From: Gammaproteobacteria bacterium
Lineage (GTDB): Bacteria; Pseudomonadota; Gammaproteobacteria; Steroidobacterales; Steroidobacteraceae
Assembly (NCBI GenBank): GCA_016874055.1
Contig: VGVG01000001.1
Location: forward strand, 72,816 to 136,815
Direction: 5' to 3'
Length of the DNA stretch: 64,000 nucleotides
This document shows positions 51,046 to 61,571 of the stretch, in pieces. Numbering within the stretch: the first letter of the stretch is position 1; each line of letters opens with the position of its first letter. The notes beneath the pieces were generated by a model that saw only the letters and a list, made by a program, of their open reading frames with translations, was not told the origin of the DNA and did not search any database. A program made the position numbers and the translations under genes.

Positions 51046-52035
51046 ATGTCACGCTCCCACGACGCCAAGCATGATCAGCCACGCCGGCCTCGGCAAGCCA
51101 TCGGCCCTGCGATCGCCATTTTCATTTGCGTCCTGCTCGTCCTCGGTCTCACCATCCCGAAGGCCACTGCGCACGATCCTCGGTTGGCAGAGGTGCTCGT
51201 CACCGCCCCGGAGCCCCGTTATGTTGCACCGACCTTGCGCGACCGCATCGGAAGGATCTGGGCGCCGGTCTACATCGACGGGCAAGGTCCGTTACGACTC
51301 GTACTCGATACGGGCGCCACGACCTCCGCCCTAACACGCGAGGCCGCCGATCTGCTCGGCCTTGAAGCCGACCTTTCGCGCAAAGTGATGCTGCGGGGCA
51401 CCACGGGCGTTGTGCCTGCGGCGATCGTCAGAGCTAAGCAAGTTGAGATCGGCGATTTCCTCGCCGAAAACCAGCGTCTCGTGCTCGTCGACGATGCATT
51501 CGGCGGCGCGGATGGCGTGCTGGCGACCGGCGCGCTCAGCGAACGCCGAATCGTCGCCGAGTTTCACAAAGACCGCATCGAGATCACGCGTTCTCGCGGT
51601 CAGTCTGCCCCACCGGGGTTTTCAACCATTCCCATTCAGTTCGCGCCGAAGCGCGTACCTTGGGTCGAAGCTTGGGTGGGTCCAGTGAAGGTCAAGGCCG
51701 TAATCGACACCGGCGCACAACAGTCGCTAGGTAACGTAGCGCTGCGTACTGCGCTAATCGAGGCACGTCGTCGCGGTATAGATGCCCGACCAGAAGACGT
51801 CATCGGTGTAACGGGCGACGTGCAAGACGGCGTCAGTTTGAGCGTTCCACCCATTCGCCTCGGACTAGTGCGCGTCAATCATATGCGAATCAACTTTCTC
51901 GATCTGCATATCTTTCAACATTGGCGTCTCGCCGAAGAGCCCGCCATGCTCATCGGCATGGACGTGATCGGCGTTCTCGACACCTTCATTCTCGACTACC
52001 GTCGTCGCGAACTGCAGGTTCAGACGCGCAAATAA
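51046..52035 (+). CDS. Membrane-anchored aspartic protease with two retropepsin-like domains
   Basis: An N-terminal TM helix (AIAIFICVLLVLGL), then two DTG motifs about 155 residues apart (LVLDTGATTSAL and AVIDTGAQQSLG). Confidence 0.7.
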   Translation: MSRSHDAKHDQPRRPRQAIGPAIAIFICVLLVLGLTIPKATAHDPRLAEVLVTAPEPRYVAPTLRDRIGRIWAPVYIDGQGPLRLVLDTGATTSALTREAADLLGLEADLSRKVMLRGTTGVVPAAIVRAKQVEIGDFLAENQRLVLVDDAFGGADGVLATGALSERRIVAEFHKDRIEITRSRGQSAPPGFSTIPIQFAPKRVPWVEAWVGPVKVKAVIDTGAQQSLGNVALRTALIEARRRGIDARPEDVIGVTGDVQDGVSLSVPPIRLGLVRVNHMRINFLDLHIFQHWRLAEEPAMLIGMDVIGVLDTFILDYRRRELQVQTRK

Positions 52036-52045
52036 TCAGGACGTA

Positions 52046-53068
52046 TCACGATCCCTCCTCGATCCCCATCCACTCGCCGCTTTTGAGTGCATCGACCTGC
52101 TGCCATAAATCATTGACGTGCTCTTGCCAGAAACGCGAGCTGGTAAACCATGGAAAGGCGCGTGGAAATGCGGGATCTTTCCAACGTGCAGCGATCCACG
52201 CAGAGTGATGCACCATGCGTAATGCGCGTAGTGGCTCGATCAACGCGAGCTCCACGCTATCGAGAGGATGGAATTCCCGGTAGCCCGTTACTAGTTCTTT
52301 CCATTGACCGCGTCGCTCATCCAGCGAGCCCGACAGCAGCATCCACAAATCCTGTATGCACGGACCGCTCATGCAGTCATCGAGATCGACGAACACGGGC
52401 CCGCGCTCGTCCCAGAGCACATTCCCCAAGTGGCAATCACCGTGCAGGCGAATCAACCTCATCGGACCATACTTCAAAAAGGTCTCATCCACCCGCTCGA
52501 GTAATATCGCCGATACTTCTGCGTATTTATCGACGAGCCCGGCATCGAGTGTTCCCGCATCGATCATGTCGACGATGAAGTCCGAATCGAGCAGCGCATC
52601 CCGTGCATCCCAACCGAGACGCTCGCTCGTAAGTGCTGGTCGATGAGAAAACTTTCGTAAGGCGCCGACGGCATGCAGGCGACCGAGTGTGCGTCCGATC
52701 AACTCGAGGGAGCCGCGAGCATTGATGTCGGCGGCACGCGCGGCCATCTTCGGGAATACTGAAAACCGCAAGCCATCGTGCAGGCGCAAGGTTCGTCCCT
52801 CGCTGACGAGGGGCGCTGCAACAGGAAGGTCTACCGCGAGAAGTTCTGCCGTGAACTCATGTTCCTCCAGAATCTGCGCATCACTCCAGCGCGCAGGACG
52901 ATAAAACTTGAGCACGAGCAGCCCGTGCGACGTCGAGCCTAGTTGGTAAACCCGGTTCTCGTAAGAGTTGAGTGCAAAGAGGCGTGCGTCACACTCTATG
53001 CCGAGCGATTCCGCTGCAGCAAGCACCGCATCAGGCGTCAATGCCTCGAACGGTCGTAAACGTTCCAT
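52046..53068 (-). CDS. srkA: Stress-response serine/threonine kinase SrkA (YihE/RdoA family)
   Basis: LNSYENRVYQL .. FYRPARWS .. LHGDCHLGNVLW are strongly YihE-like. Confidence 0.85.
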   Translation of the reverse strand: MERLRPFEALTPDAVLAAAESLGIECDARLFALNSYENRVYQLGSTSHGLLVLKFYRPARWSDAQILEEHEFTAELLAVDLPVAAPLVSEGRTLRLHDGLRFSVFPKMAARAADINARGSLELIGRTLGRLHAVGALRKFSHRPALTSERLGWDARDALLDSDFIVDMIDAGTLDAGLVDKYAEVSAILLERVDETFLKYGPMRLIRLHGDCHLGNVLWDERGPVFVDLDDCMSGPCIQDLWMLLSGSLDERRGQWKELVTGYREFHPLDSVELALIEPLRALRMVHHSAWIAARWKDPAFPRAFPWFTSSRFWQEHVNDLWQQVDALKSGEWMGIEEGS

Positions 53069-54696
53069 CACGTGGCGGACTTGATAAGGTCGGCCGCACG
53101 CTCGGCGATCATGATGGTCGGTGCGTTCGTATTGCCGCCGATCAGGCGCGGCATCACGGAAGCATCGACCACACGAAGGCTTCGAACGCCGCGCACCCGT
53201 AAGGTAGGATCGACCACGGATCGCGCATCGCTACCCATGCGGCACGTGCCCACGGGGTGGTAGATCGATTCGGCTTTTTCGCGGATCGCTTGGACGAGCC
53301 CCGTATCGCTGCGCGCCGACGCGCCCGGGAAAATCTCCTCGCCCCTCACGTCATCGAAGGCTCGCGCTACGAGAAGATCACGTGATAACTTTACGCCCTC
53401 GCTGAGCCGCTTGAGATCACCCTCGGCACTCAAGTAATTGGCGTGGATACGCGGCGTATCCCGCATCATGCTCGATCGCAGACCGATATGCCCGCGGCTC
53501 GCCGGCCGCAGAAAACACGCGTGCAGGGTATAGCCGTGACCGGGTAAACGATTACGACCATGGTCATCGAGCTGTGCCGGCACGAAATGAAACTGAATGT
53601 CCGCGCGCGAGTCCGTCGCGAGCTGGGAACGGAAAAATCCGCCGACCTCAGCAACGTTCGAGGCGCCAGGACCCGAGCGAGTCAACACATATCGCAAACC
53701 CGCGATCCCTTCTTCGAGAAGGTTCATGTCGTAGCTGATGGAGCGCGTGCTTTTATACAACGTGCAATAGTCGAGATGATCCTGCAGGTTGCGCCCCACC
53801 TCTGGGTGCGACACCGCCACCGCGATACCCACCGATTCGAGTTCGTTGGCTGGCCCGATGCCCGAACACATTAGTAGTTGGGGCGAATTGATTGCACCAC
53901 CACATAGCAATACCTCTCGACGAGCCCGGGAGCGATGCAGTCTCGAGTGCCTCGCAAACTCGACGCCCACGGCGCGATCATCTTCAAGATCGATACGCTC
54001 AGCGGAGGCTCCGGTCAGCACGGTGAGATTCGGTCGCATCATCGCCGGTCGAAGATAGGCGACCGCCGTACTGCAACGTCTCGCCTCTTTCAGCGTGGCC
54101 TGATAGGGGCCAAATCCCGCTTGGGAGGCACCATTGAAATCGTCGGTCAACAAATGATTTCGCTCGCGTGCTGCTTGAAGGAAATATTCGCTGAGTGCGT
54201 TGCGATGACGTAGATCCTCAACGTGCAGCGGTCCTCCTGTCCCGTGAAAGCGGGGATCACCATTCGGTCGATGCTCCGCCTTTTTAAAATACGGTAGCAC
54301 CGCATCGAAGTTCCAGCCTGTTGCACCGAGTGCTGCCCACTCGTCATAGTCCGCCGCATCACCACGCACGTAACACATAGCGTTGATCGAGCTACTTCCG
54401 CCGAGCACTCGACCTCGCGGCCAGTAAAGGCGCCGACCGAGCAACTGCGGCTCCGGTTCGGTGTAGTAACCCCAGTTGATTTTTGGATTGTTGACGAGGC
54501 GTGCGAGCCCCGCGGGCATGTGGATGAGCGGATGCCTATCGCGCCCGCCCGCCTCGAGCAGCAGCACCGATACCTGCGGGTCTTCAGTTAATCGACTCGC
54601 CAGCACGCACCCTGCAGACCCTGCCCCGACGATGATGTAATCGTGCTCTCGACTCATGCTCGACAAGTGTAACCACTCCTCGATCCGCTCGATCAT
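53068..54696 (-). CDS. GMC-family FAD oxidoreductase (choline dehydrogenase-like)
   Basis: DYIIVGAGSAGCVLASRLTED and the C-terminal GMC signature (HPVGTCRMG). Confidence 0.85.
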   Translation of the reverse strand: MIERIEEWLHLSSMSREHDYIIVGAGSAGCVLASRLTEDPQVSVLLLEAGGRDRHPLIHMPAGLARLVNNPKINWGYYTEPEPQLLGRRLYWPRGRVLGGSSSINAMCYVRGDAADYDEWAALGATGWNFDAVLPYFKKAEHRPNGDPRFHGTGGPLHVEDLRHRNALSEYFLQAARERNHLLTDDFNGASQAGFGPYQATLKEARRCSTAVAYLRPAMMRPNLTVLTGASAERIDLEDDRAVGVEFARHSRLHRSRARREVLLCGGAINSPQLLMCSGIGPANELESVGIAVAVSHPEVGRNLQDHLDYCTLYKSTRSISYDMNLLEEGIAGLRYVLTRSGPGASNVAEVGGFFRSQLATDSRADIQFHFVPAQLDDHGRNRLPGHGYTLHACFLRPASRGHIGLRSSMMRDTPRIHANYLSAEGDLKRLSEGVKLSRDLLVARAFDDVRGEEIFPGASARSDTGLVQAIREKAESIYHPVGTCRMGSDARSVVDPTLRVRGVRSLRVVDASVMPRLIGGNTNAPTIMIAERAADLIKSAT

Positions 54697-54883
54697 CCCT
54701 CAATCAGGCGAAACCGCATCTTGACCGAGGACGGTCTATGGGTGATGAATCCGAGACCGATCGACGAGGTCGCCATCAAAAAATGGCTGCCGTGAGCGAA
54801 GCGCAAGACAAATTCATGAACGGCGCTCCTCGGTTCGTCCCGCAGCACGACACCTAACGGCGAGTGATTGTCTGCGAGCCCAG

Positions 54884-54914
54884 AAAGAAAAACCCCGCCG
54901 GTTTCCCAGCGGGG
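54884..54914 (-). terminator. Rho-independent terminator after groEL
   Basis: The minus sense reads CCCCGC-ugggaaaccg-GCGGGG followed by UUUUUCUUU. A second small palindrome (AGACGCGAnTCGCGTCT) abuts the stop codon. Confidence 0.75.
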
Positions 54915-54952
54915 TCTCTTCGTGAAACGGACGATGAGACGCGAGTCGCGTC

Positions 54953-56620
<1,668 letters not shown>

Positions 56621-56626
56621 TTAGGC

Positions 56627-56920
56627 TTACTTACCTTCGATGATGGCCATGATGTCTTCCTCGCGCATAACGAGGAGATCTTCACCATCGACCTTTACTT
56701 CGGTACCGCTATACTTGCCGAAGAGAATCTTGTCGCCGACTTTAACGTCGAGCGGACGAACCGAGCCGTCTTCGAGGATCTTGCCTTTCCCGATGGCTGT
56801 GACTTTACCTTGGGAGGGCTTCTCGGCGGCTGAGTCGGGGATAACGATACCGCCCGGGGAGGTGCGTTCCTCCTCCAGGCGCTTCACGATCACGCGGTCA
56901 TGAAGCGGACGAATTTTCAT
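56627..56920 (-). CDS. groES: Co-chaperonin GroES
   Basis: [18 protein letters not shown].., 97 aa, preceded by AGGAG. Confidence 0.97.
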   Translation of the reverse strand: MKIRPLHDRVIVKRLEEERTSPGGIVIPDSAAEKPSQGKVTAIGKGKILEDGSVRPLDVKVGDKILFGKYSGTEVKVDGEDLLVMREEDIMAIIEGK

Positions 56921-56970
56921 GTTTCGCTCCTACAAACGATAGTTGACTGAGGGATGGACTACGGGGGGGT

Positions 56971-56997
56971 TTAGCACTCCCTTAGCCCGACTGCTGA
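56971..56997 (-). promoter_or_regulatory. CIRCE-like inverted repeat (HrcA operator) in the groES leader
   Basis: TTAGCACTC-N9-GACTGCTGA compared with the consensus TTAGCACTC-N9-GAGTGCTAA. One half-site is perfect, the other matches 7 of 9, and the spacer is exactly 9 nt. It lies directly downstream of the -10 box. Confidence 0.65.
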
Positions 56998-57029
56998 TTA
57001 TAGCGACGCTGCGTTCCATTTCAAGGGCG
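56997..57029 (-). promoter_or_regulatory. groESL promoter (sigma70-like TTGAAA-16-TATAAT overlapping a sigma32-like CCCTTGAA -35)
   Basis: The minus sense reads CCGCCCTTGAAAtggaacgcagcgtcgcTATAATc. It lies about 75 nt upstream of the groES ATG. Confidence 0.6.
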
Positions 57030-57074
57030 GACCTAGACTAGGTATGCTGTTTACCGAGCAAGATGCGTTTTCAC

Positions 57075-57154
57075 CCCCCAAATCGTACTTAGCCCCCAAA
57101 TCGTACTTAGCCCCCAAATCGTACTTAGCCCCATGATCGTACTTAGCCCCATGA
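57075..57154 (+). repeat. 18-bp direct tandem repeat, about 4.4 copies, running into the dsbD start
   Basis: There are three CCCCCAAATCGTACTTAG copies (57075-57128), then CCCCATGATCGTACTTAG (57129-57146), then CCCCATGA (57147-57154). Confidence 0.95.
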
Positions 57155-58989
57155 ATTTTAAGAGATTAACGCTGACCGGGATCGCTCTTTTCCTGAGCTC
57201 TCTCGTCGGATCCGTCTCCGCTCAGCCCGGCGAGTCAGAGTTTCTGCCCCCAGCCCAAGCGTTTGGAGTTGAGGTTGCCGCCCAGGGCGCCGACATGATC
57301 CGCGTCGATTTTCTGGTGACCTTGGGTTATTACCTCTATCGACATCGGTTCAATTTCAGTCTCGATACGGCGGCAGGCGCACTCGCTGCTACGCTAGGCA
57401 CGCCCGACATTCCGCAAGGCGAATGGAAGGAAGACGAGTTCTTCGGACGGCAGCAGGTGTTCCACGAGTCCGTCAGCGTCTTGGTCCCCGTGTCTCGGGC
57501 GCCGGGCGAAGCGCTCGAGATTCCAATCGTGGTTGGTTTACAGGGCTGCGCCGACATGGGTCTTTGCTATCCGCCTGAAAAACGGCGCTTCAAGGTCTTG
57601 CTGCCCGCGACGAGTGCCGTCGCCTCCGACTACGCAGATCACTCGAGCGGCAGCGCATCCGCCGTGCCGAGCGACCAAACGCGCTTCGTCTCGGAACAAG
57701 ATCGACTCGCCGAACTCATTCGCTTGGGCGATCTATCGCTCGTGCTCGCGACGTTCTTCGGACTCGGTTTGCTGCTCGCGTTCACGCCCTGCGTGCTGCC
57801 GATGGTACCGATCCTCTCCGGCATCATTGCCGGGCAAGGCGGTAACGTGACCACGGGACGCGCCTTTGCCCTCTCTTTGTCCTACGTGCTCGGCATGGCG
57901 GTGATAAACACGCTCGCGGGCGTCGCGGCGGCGGCGGCAGGCCAGCAAATTCAGGCGCTCTTTCAGCAGTCTTGGATCATTGTCCTTTTCTCTTTGATCT
58001 TCGTCGCGCTCGCTTTATCTATGTTCGGGTTCTTCACCATTCAGATGCCCGCGTCCCTGCAAACCCGTCTGAGCGATGTCAGTAATCGCCAGCGCGCCGG
58101 TACCTTTGGCGGCGTCGCCGTGATGGGCGCCCTTTCGGCGTTGATCGTCTCAGCGTGTGTCGCACCGCCTCTTTTCGCTGCACTCGCGGTGATTGCGCAA
58201 ACCGGCGACCTGGTGCGTGGTGGCAGCGTGCTCTTCGTCATGTCGCTCGGCATGGGAGTGCCGCTGCTCGTGATCGGTACCTCTGCGGGTCGTCTACTGC
58301 CGAAAGTAGGCAGCTGGATGGACACTATTAAAAAATTCTTCGGCGTGCTGTTGCTCGCCGTGGCGGCGTGGATGCTGAGTCGCCTGCTCGGAGATCGTTG
58401 GTCGCTGCTGTTGTGGGCGATACCTGCGCTCATCGGAGCTTGGCTGCTATTCAGGGAGGTCAAAACGCGCGCGCTCGGCACCTTGCACCCAATTACGCTC
58501 CTCGGTGTCGTGCTCGGACTGTATGTGCTTGCCCTGATCGTCGGTGTATTCCTCGGCGGACGTGATCCCCTTGCGCCGATCCCACAGGTGGGGAAGTCAC
58601 AAAAGACCTTGGAGTTCACGCGCATCAAGACCGTCGAAGACCTCGATCGAGCTATCGCAGCCGCAGCAAAAGACGGACGTCCAGCGATGCTCGATTTCTA
58701 CGCAGACTGGTGTGTGTCCTGTAAAGAAATGGAGCGCTACACCTTCACCGATACCGATGTGCGATCGGCTCTTGAGGACGCGGTGCTGCTCAAGGCCGAC
58801 GTCACTGCAAACGACGAGGCTGATCAAGCGCTGCTTCGCCACTTCGAAATCTTTGGCCCACCAACTATCGCGTTCTGGGGACGCGACGGGGTAGAACGCA
58901 AGAACTATCGCGTGGTCGGCTTCATGAGAGCGGACGAGTTTGCGCGAGTTGCTGCCGAGGCGACCGGCATTAATCGTACGACCCAATAA
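57151..58989 (+). CDS. dsbD: Thiol:disulfide interchange protein DsbD
   Basis: Signal peptide, the N-terminal DsbD-alpha domain, a TM core with CVLPMVP, and a C-terminal thioredoxin fold with WCVSCKEME. The alternative in-frame ATG at 57133 lies inside repeat copy 4. Confidence 0.9.
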   Translation: MNFKRLTLTGIALFLSSLVGSVSAQPGESEFLPPAQAFGVEVAAQGADMIRVDFLVTLGYYLYRHRFNFSLDTAAGALAATLGTPDIPQGEWKEDEFFGRQQVFHESVSVLVPVSRAPGEALEIPIVVGLQGCADMGLCYPPEKRRFKVLLPATSAVASDYADHSSGSASAVPSDQTRFVSEQDRLAELIRLGDLSLVLATFFGLGLLLAFTPCVLPMVPILSGIIAGQGGNVTTGRAFALSLSYVLGMAVINTLAGVAAAAAGQQIQALFQQSWIIVLFSLIFVALALSMFGFFTIQMPASLQTRLSDVSNRQRAGTFGGVAVMGALSALIVSACVAPPLFAALAVIAQTGDLVRGGSVLFVMSLGMGVPLLVIGTSAGRLLPKVGSWMDTIKKFFGVLLLAVAAWMLSRLLGDRWSLLLWAIPALIGAWLLFREVKTRALGTLHPITLLGVVLGLYVLALIVGVFLGGRDPLAPIPQVGKSQKTLEFTRIKTVEDLDRAIAAAAKDGRPAMLDFYADWCVSCKEMERYTFTDTDVRSALEDAVLLKADVTANDEADQALLRHFEIFGPPTIAFWGRDGVERKNYRVVGFMRADEFARVAAEATGINRTTQ

Positions 58990-59010
58990 TTTATTCAGTC
59001 CTCTAAAGTC

Positions 59011-59703
59011 ATGAAGAAATCCAAAGTACTCGTCGCTCTCGTTGCACTACTCGCTGGTACTATCGCCTTCGTAGCTATTCGCAGTTTTCTCAGCTCCAAG
59101 GCGCCGGCGGCCAACTCAACGGATACCGCTCCCATGCCGGGGGCACCAACCGTCGCCAAAGATGCACCTGCATCGGTAGCCCGGATGATCCCCGAAGTAC
59201 TGCCCGATTTCTCTCTCGCCACGCTCGAAGGACCACCCCGCACGCTTTCGAGTTTTCGACAACCGTCGCTGATCGTGAATTTTTGGGCAACATGGTGTGC
59301 GCCTTGCCGGCGTGAGATTCCTTTGTTAAGACGACTGCGTGCCGAACGCCGTGCACGAGGTGTCGAAGTCGTCGGTGTCGCGGTCGATTTCCGTGAGGAC
59401 GTTATCAAATATGTGCGGGATATCAGACTAGATTATCCGCTGCTGATCGGCGAAGAAGATGGTGTTGCTGCTGCCGATCTGTTCGGCGTCAGCACCGCAT
59501 TCCCGTTCACGATATTCGCGGACGGAGAGCGTCGCATCGTCGCCGTGAAAATCGGAGAACTGCATGGCGACGAAGCGAACTTCATCCTCGATCAGGTAGA
59601 GCGCATTAACGCCGGTAGCCTGCCTGTCAAAGAGGCGCGCGTTATGATCCGAGACGAAATCAAGCGACTCGACGCCCTCAGGGAGGGGAAATCTCCCGGC
59701 TGA
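59011..59703 (+). CDS. TlpA-family periplasmic thiol-disulfide oxidoreductase
   Basis: N-terminal anchor and NFWATWCAPCRREIP (thioredoxin CxxC). Confidence 0.85.
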   Translation: MKKSKVLVALVALLAGTIAFVAIRSFLSSKAPAANSTDTAPMPGAPTVAKDAPASVARMIPEVLPDFSLATLEGPPRTLSSFRQPSLIVNFWATWCAPCRREIPLLRRLRAERRARGVEVVGVAVDFREDVIKYVRDIRLDYPLLIGEEDGVAAADLFGVSTAFPFTIFADGERRIVAVKIGELHGDEANFILDQVERINAGSLPVKEARVMIRDEIKRLDALREGKSPG

Positions 59704-59746
59704 TAACAGATAGGGTACATTTTCTTTCTTCCCCCACGGGGGTCCC

Positions 59747-60205
59747 ATGGACATTCGCAAGGTCAAGAAACTCATCGAGCTGCTCGAAGAATCGGGTATC
59801 TCCGAAATTGAAATTAAGGAAGGTGAGGAATCGGTACGTATTAGCCGTACGCCGAGCGGCGCAGTCGTGTCTCAGCCGACGAGTTTTACGGCGCTGTCGA
59901 TACCCGCACCAGGCGCAGCGGCCATAGCGAGCGCTCCAGTTGCCAAAGTTGCCTCACCGGCGAGCTCATCGGATCACTTAGTACAGGCGCCCATGGTGGG
60001 CACCTATTACTCCGCGCCAGCGCCCGGCGCGAAAGCCTTCGTACAGGTCGGTGATGAAGTCAAAGTCGGTCAGGTGCTCTGTATCATCGAAGCGATGAAG
60101 ATGATGAATCAGATCGAAGCCGATCACGCCGGCAAAATCACTTCCGTGCTCGTTCAGGACGGTGATCCGGTCGAGTTCGGTCAACCGCTGTTCTCGATCC
60201 AGTAG
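59747..60205 (+). CDS. accB: Biotin carboxyl carrier protein of acetyl-CoA carboxylase
   Basis: MDIRKVKKLIELLEESGISEIEIKEGEESVRI and the biotinylation motif EAMKMMN. Confidence 0.95.
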   Translation: MDIRKVKKLIELLEESGISEIEIKEGEESVRISRTPSGAVVSQPTSFTALSIPAPGAAAIASAPVAKVASPASSSDHLVQAPMVGTYYSAPAPGAKAFVQVGDEVKVGQVLCIIEAMKMMNQIEADHAGKITSVLVQDGDPVEFGQPLFSIQ

Positions 60206-60216
60206 TTGCTTAAACC

Positions 60217-61560
60217 GTGATCGACAAGGTTGTCATCGCAAACCGAGGCGAGATCGCACTGCGGGTGCTGCGCGCCTGTCGCGAGCTCGGCATCAAGACG
60301 GTGGCCGTGCACTCCACGGTTGATGCCAATCTTAAGCATGTGTTGCTCGCCGATGAGTCGGTCTGTATCGGACCACCTGCGTCGGCGAGGAGTTATCTCA
60401 ACATGCCCTCGATCATCGCTGCGGCAGAGCTCACCGATGCGGCGGCAATTCATCCGGGCTACGGGTTCCTCTCCGAAAATGCCGATTTCGCAGAGCGGGT
60501 CGAGCAGAGCGGCTTTACATTCATCGGTCCTAAAGCCGAAACAATACGTATGATGGGCGACAAAGTATCGGCAATTAAAGTCATGAAAGAGCACGGCGTG
60601 CCCTGCGTGCCCGGCTCCGGCGAGCCGCTGGGTCTCGACCACGATGAGAGCATGCGGATCGCCAACGATATCGGCTATCCTTTGATCATCAAGGCCTCGG
60701 GTGGTGGTGGTGGGTGCGGCATGCGCGTGGTGCACAACCCCGCAGCGCTAATTCACTCCATCAACGTGACACGTTCCGAAGCCCTCGAGGCGTTCGGTAA
60801 CGAACAGGTTTACATGGAAAAGTTCCTCGAAAAGGCGCGGCACATCGAGTTTCAGATCCTCGCCGATCACCACGGTAACGTTATTCACCTCGGCGAGCGC
60901 GACTGCTCGATGCAGCGTCGTCACCAAAAAGTAATTGAAGAAGCACCCGCACCGGGCATCACCGACGTACAACGTAAAAAAATGGGAGAGCGCGTAGTTG
61001 CTGCCTGCAAGGCAGTGGGCTACCGTAGCGCGGGCACGCTCGAGTTCCTTTACCAAGATGGCGAGTTCTATTTTATAGAAATGAATACGCGTATTCAGGT
61101 TGAGCACCCCGTCACCGAACTCATCACTGGTGTCGATCTCGTGAAGGCGCAGTTGCGTATTTCTTCAGGTGAAAAACTTCCCTGGAAGCAACTCGACATC
61201 GTGCTGCGCGGTCATGCACTCGAGTGCCGCATCAACGCGGAGGATGCCAAGACCTTCATGCCTTCGCCCGGCCCCGTTCGGTTATGGCACGCGCCGGGCG
61301 GTCCGGGCGTGCGTGTCGACAGCCACATGTATTCGGGCTATACCGTGCCACCTCATTACGACTCGCTCATTGCCAAGCTCATTTCCTGTGGCGAGGATCG
61401 CGATACCGCCATCGCTCGTATGCGCAACGCCTTGGCCGAGATGGTCGCCGAGGGAATCAAGACCAATGCCGCCTTGCACCAAGAAATCCTAGCTCATGCG
61501 GCCTTTCATCAAGGCGGTCTCGACATTCACTATCTCGAGCGTCGACTCGGCCTGAAGTGA
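60217..61560 (+). CDS. accC: Biotin carboxylase
   Basis: (GTG) [24 protein letters not shown].., 447 aa. The glycine loop reads [10 protein letters not shown]. Confidence 0.95.
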   Translation: MIDKVVIANRGEIALRVLRACRELGIKTVAVHSTVDANLKHVLLADESVCIGPPASARSYLNMPSIIAAAELTDAAAIHPGYGFLSENADFAERVEQSGFTFIGPKAETIRMMGDKVSAIKVMKEHGVPCVPGSGEPLGLDHDESMRIANDIGYPLIIKASGGGGGCGMRVVHNPAALIHSINVTRSEALEAFGNEQVYMEKFLEKARHIEFQILADHHGNVIHLGERDCSMQRRHQKVIEEAPAPGITDVQRKKMGERVVAACKAVGYRSAGTLEFLYQDGEFYFIEMNTRIQVEHPVTELITGVDLVKAQLRISSGEKLPWKQLDIVLRGHALECRINAEDAKTFMPSPGPVRLWHAPGGPGVRVDSHMYSGYTVPPHYDSLIAKLISCGEDRDTAIARMRNALAEMVAEGIKTNAALHQEILAHAAFHQGGLDIHYLERRLGLK

Positions 61561-61571
61561 TACGCGCCCTC

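Noticed and set aside
54740-54859. A 39-codon ORF (MGDESETDRRGRHQKMAAVSEAQDKFMNGAPRFVPQHDT) in the GMC/groEL spacer
   Set aside because: It has no Shine-Dalgarno sequence and no recognisable family, and it is short. It may be a remnant, but I cannot support it.
57075-57154. The 18-bp repeats as a CRISPR array
   Set aside because: The repeats are directly contiguous with no spacers, there are only about 4.4 copies, and no cas genes are present in the window.
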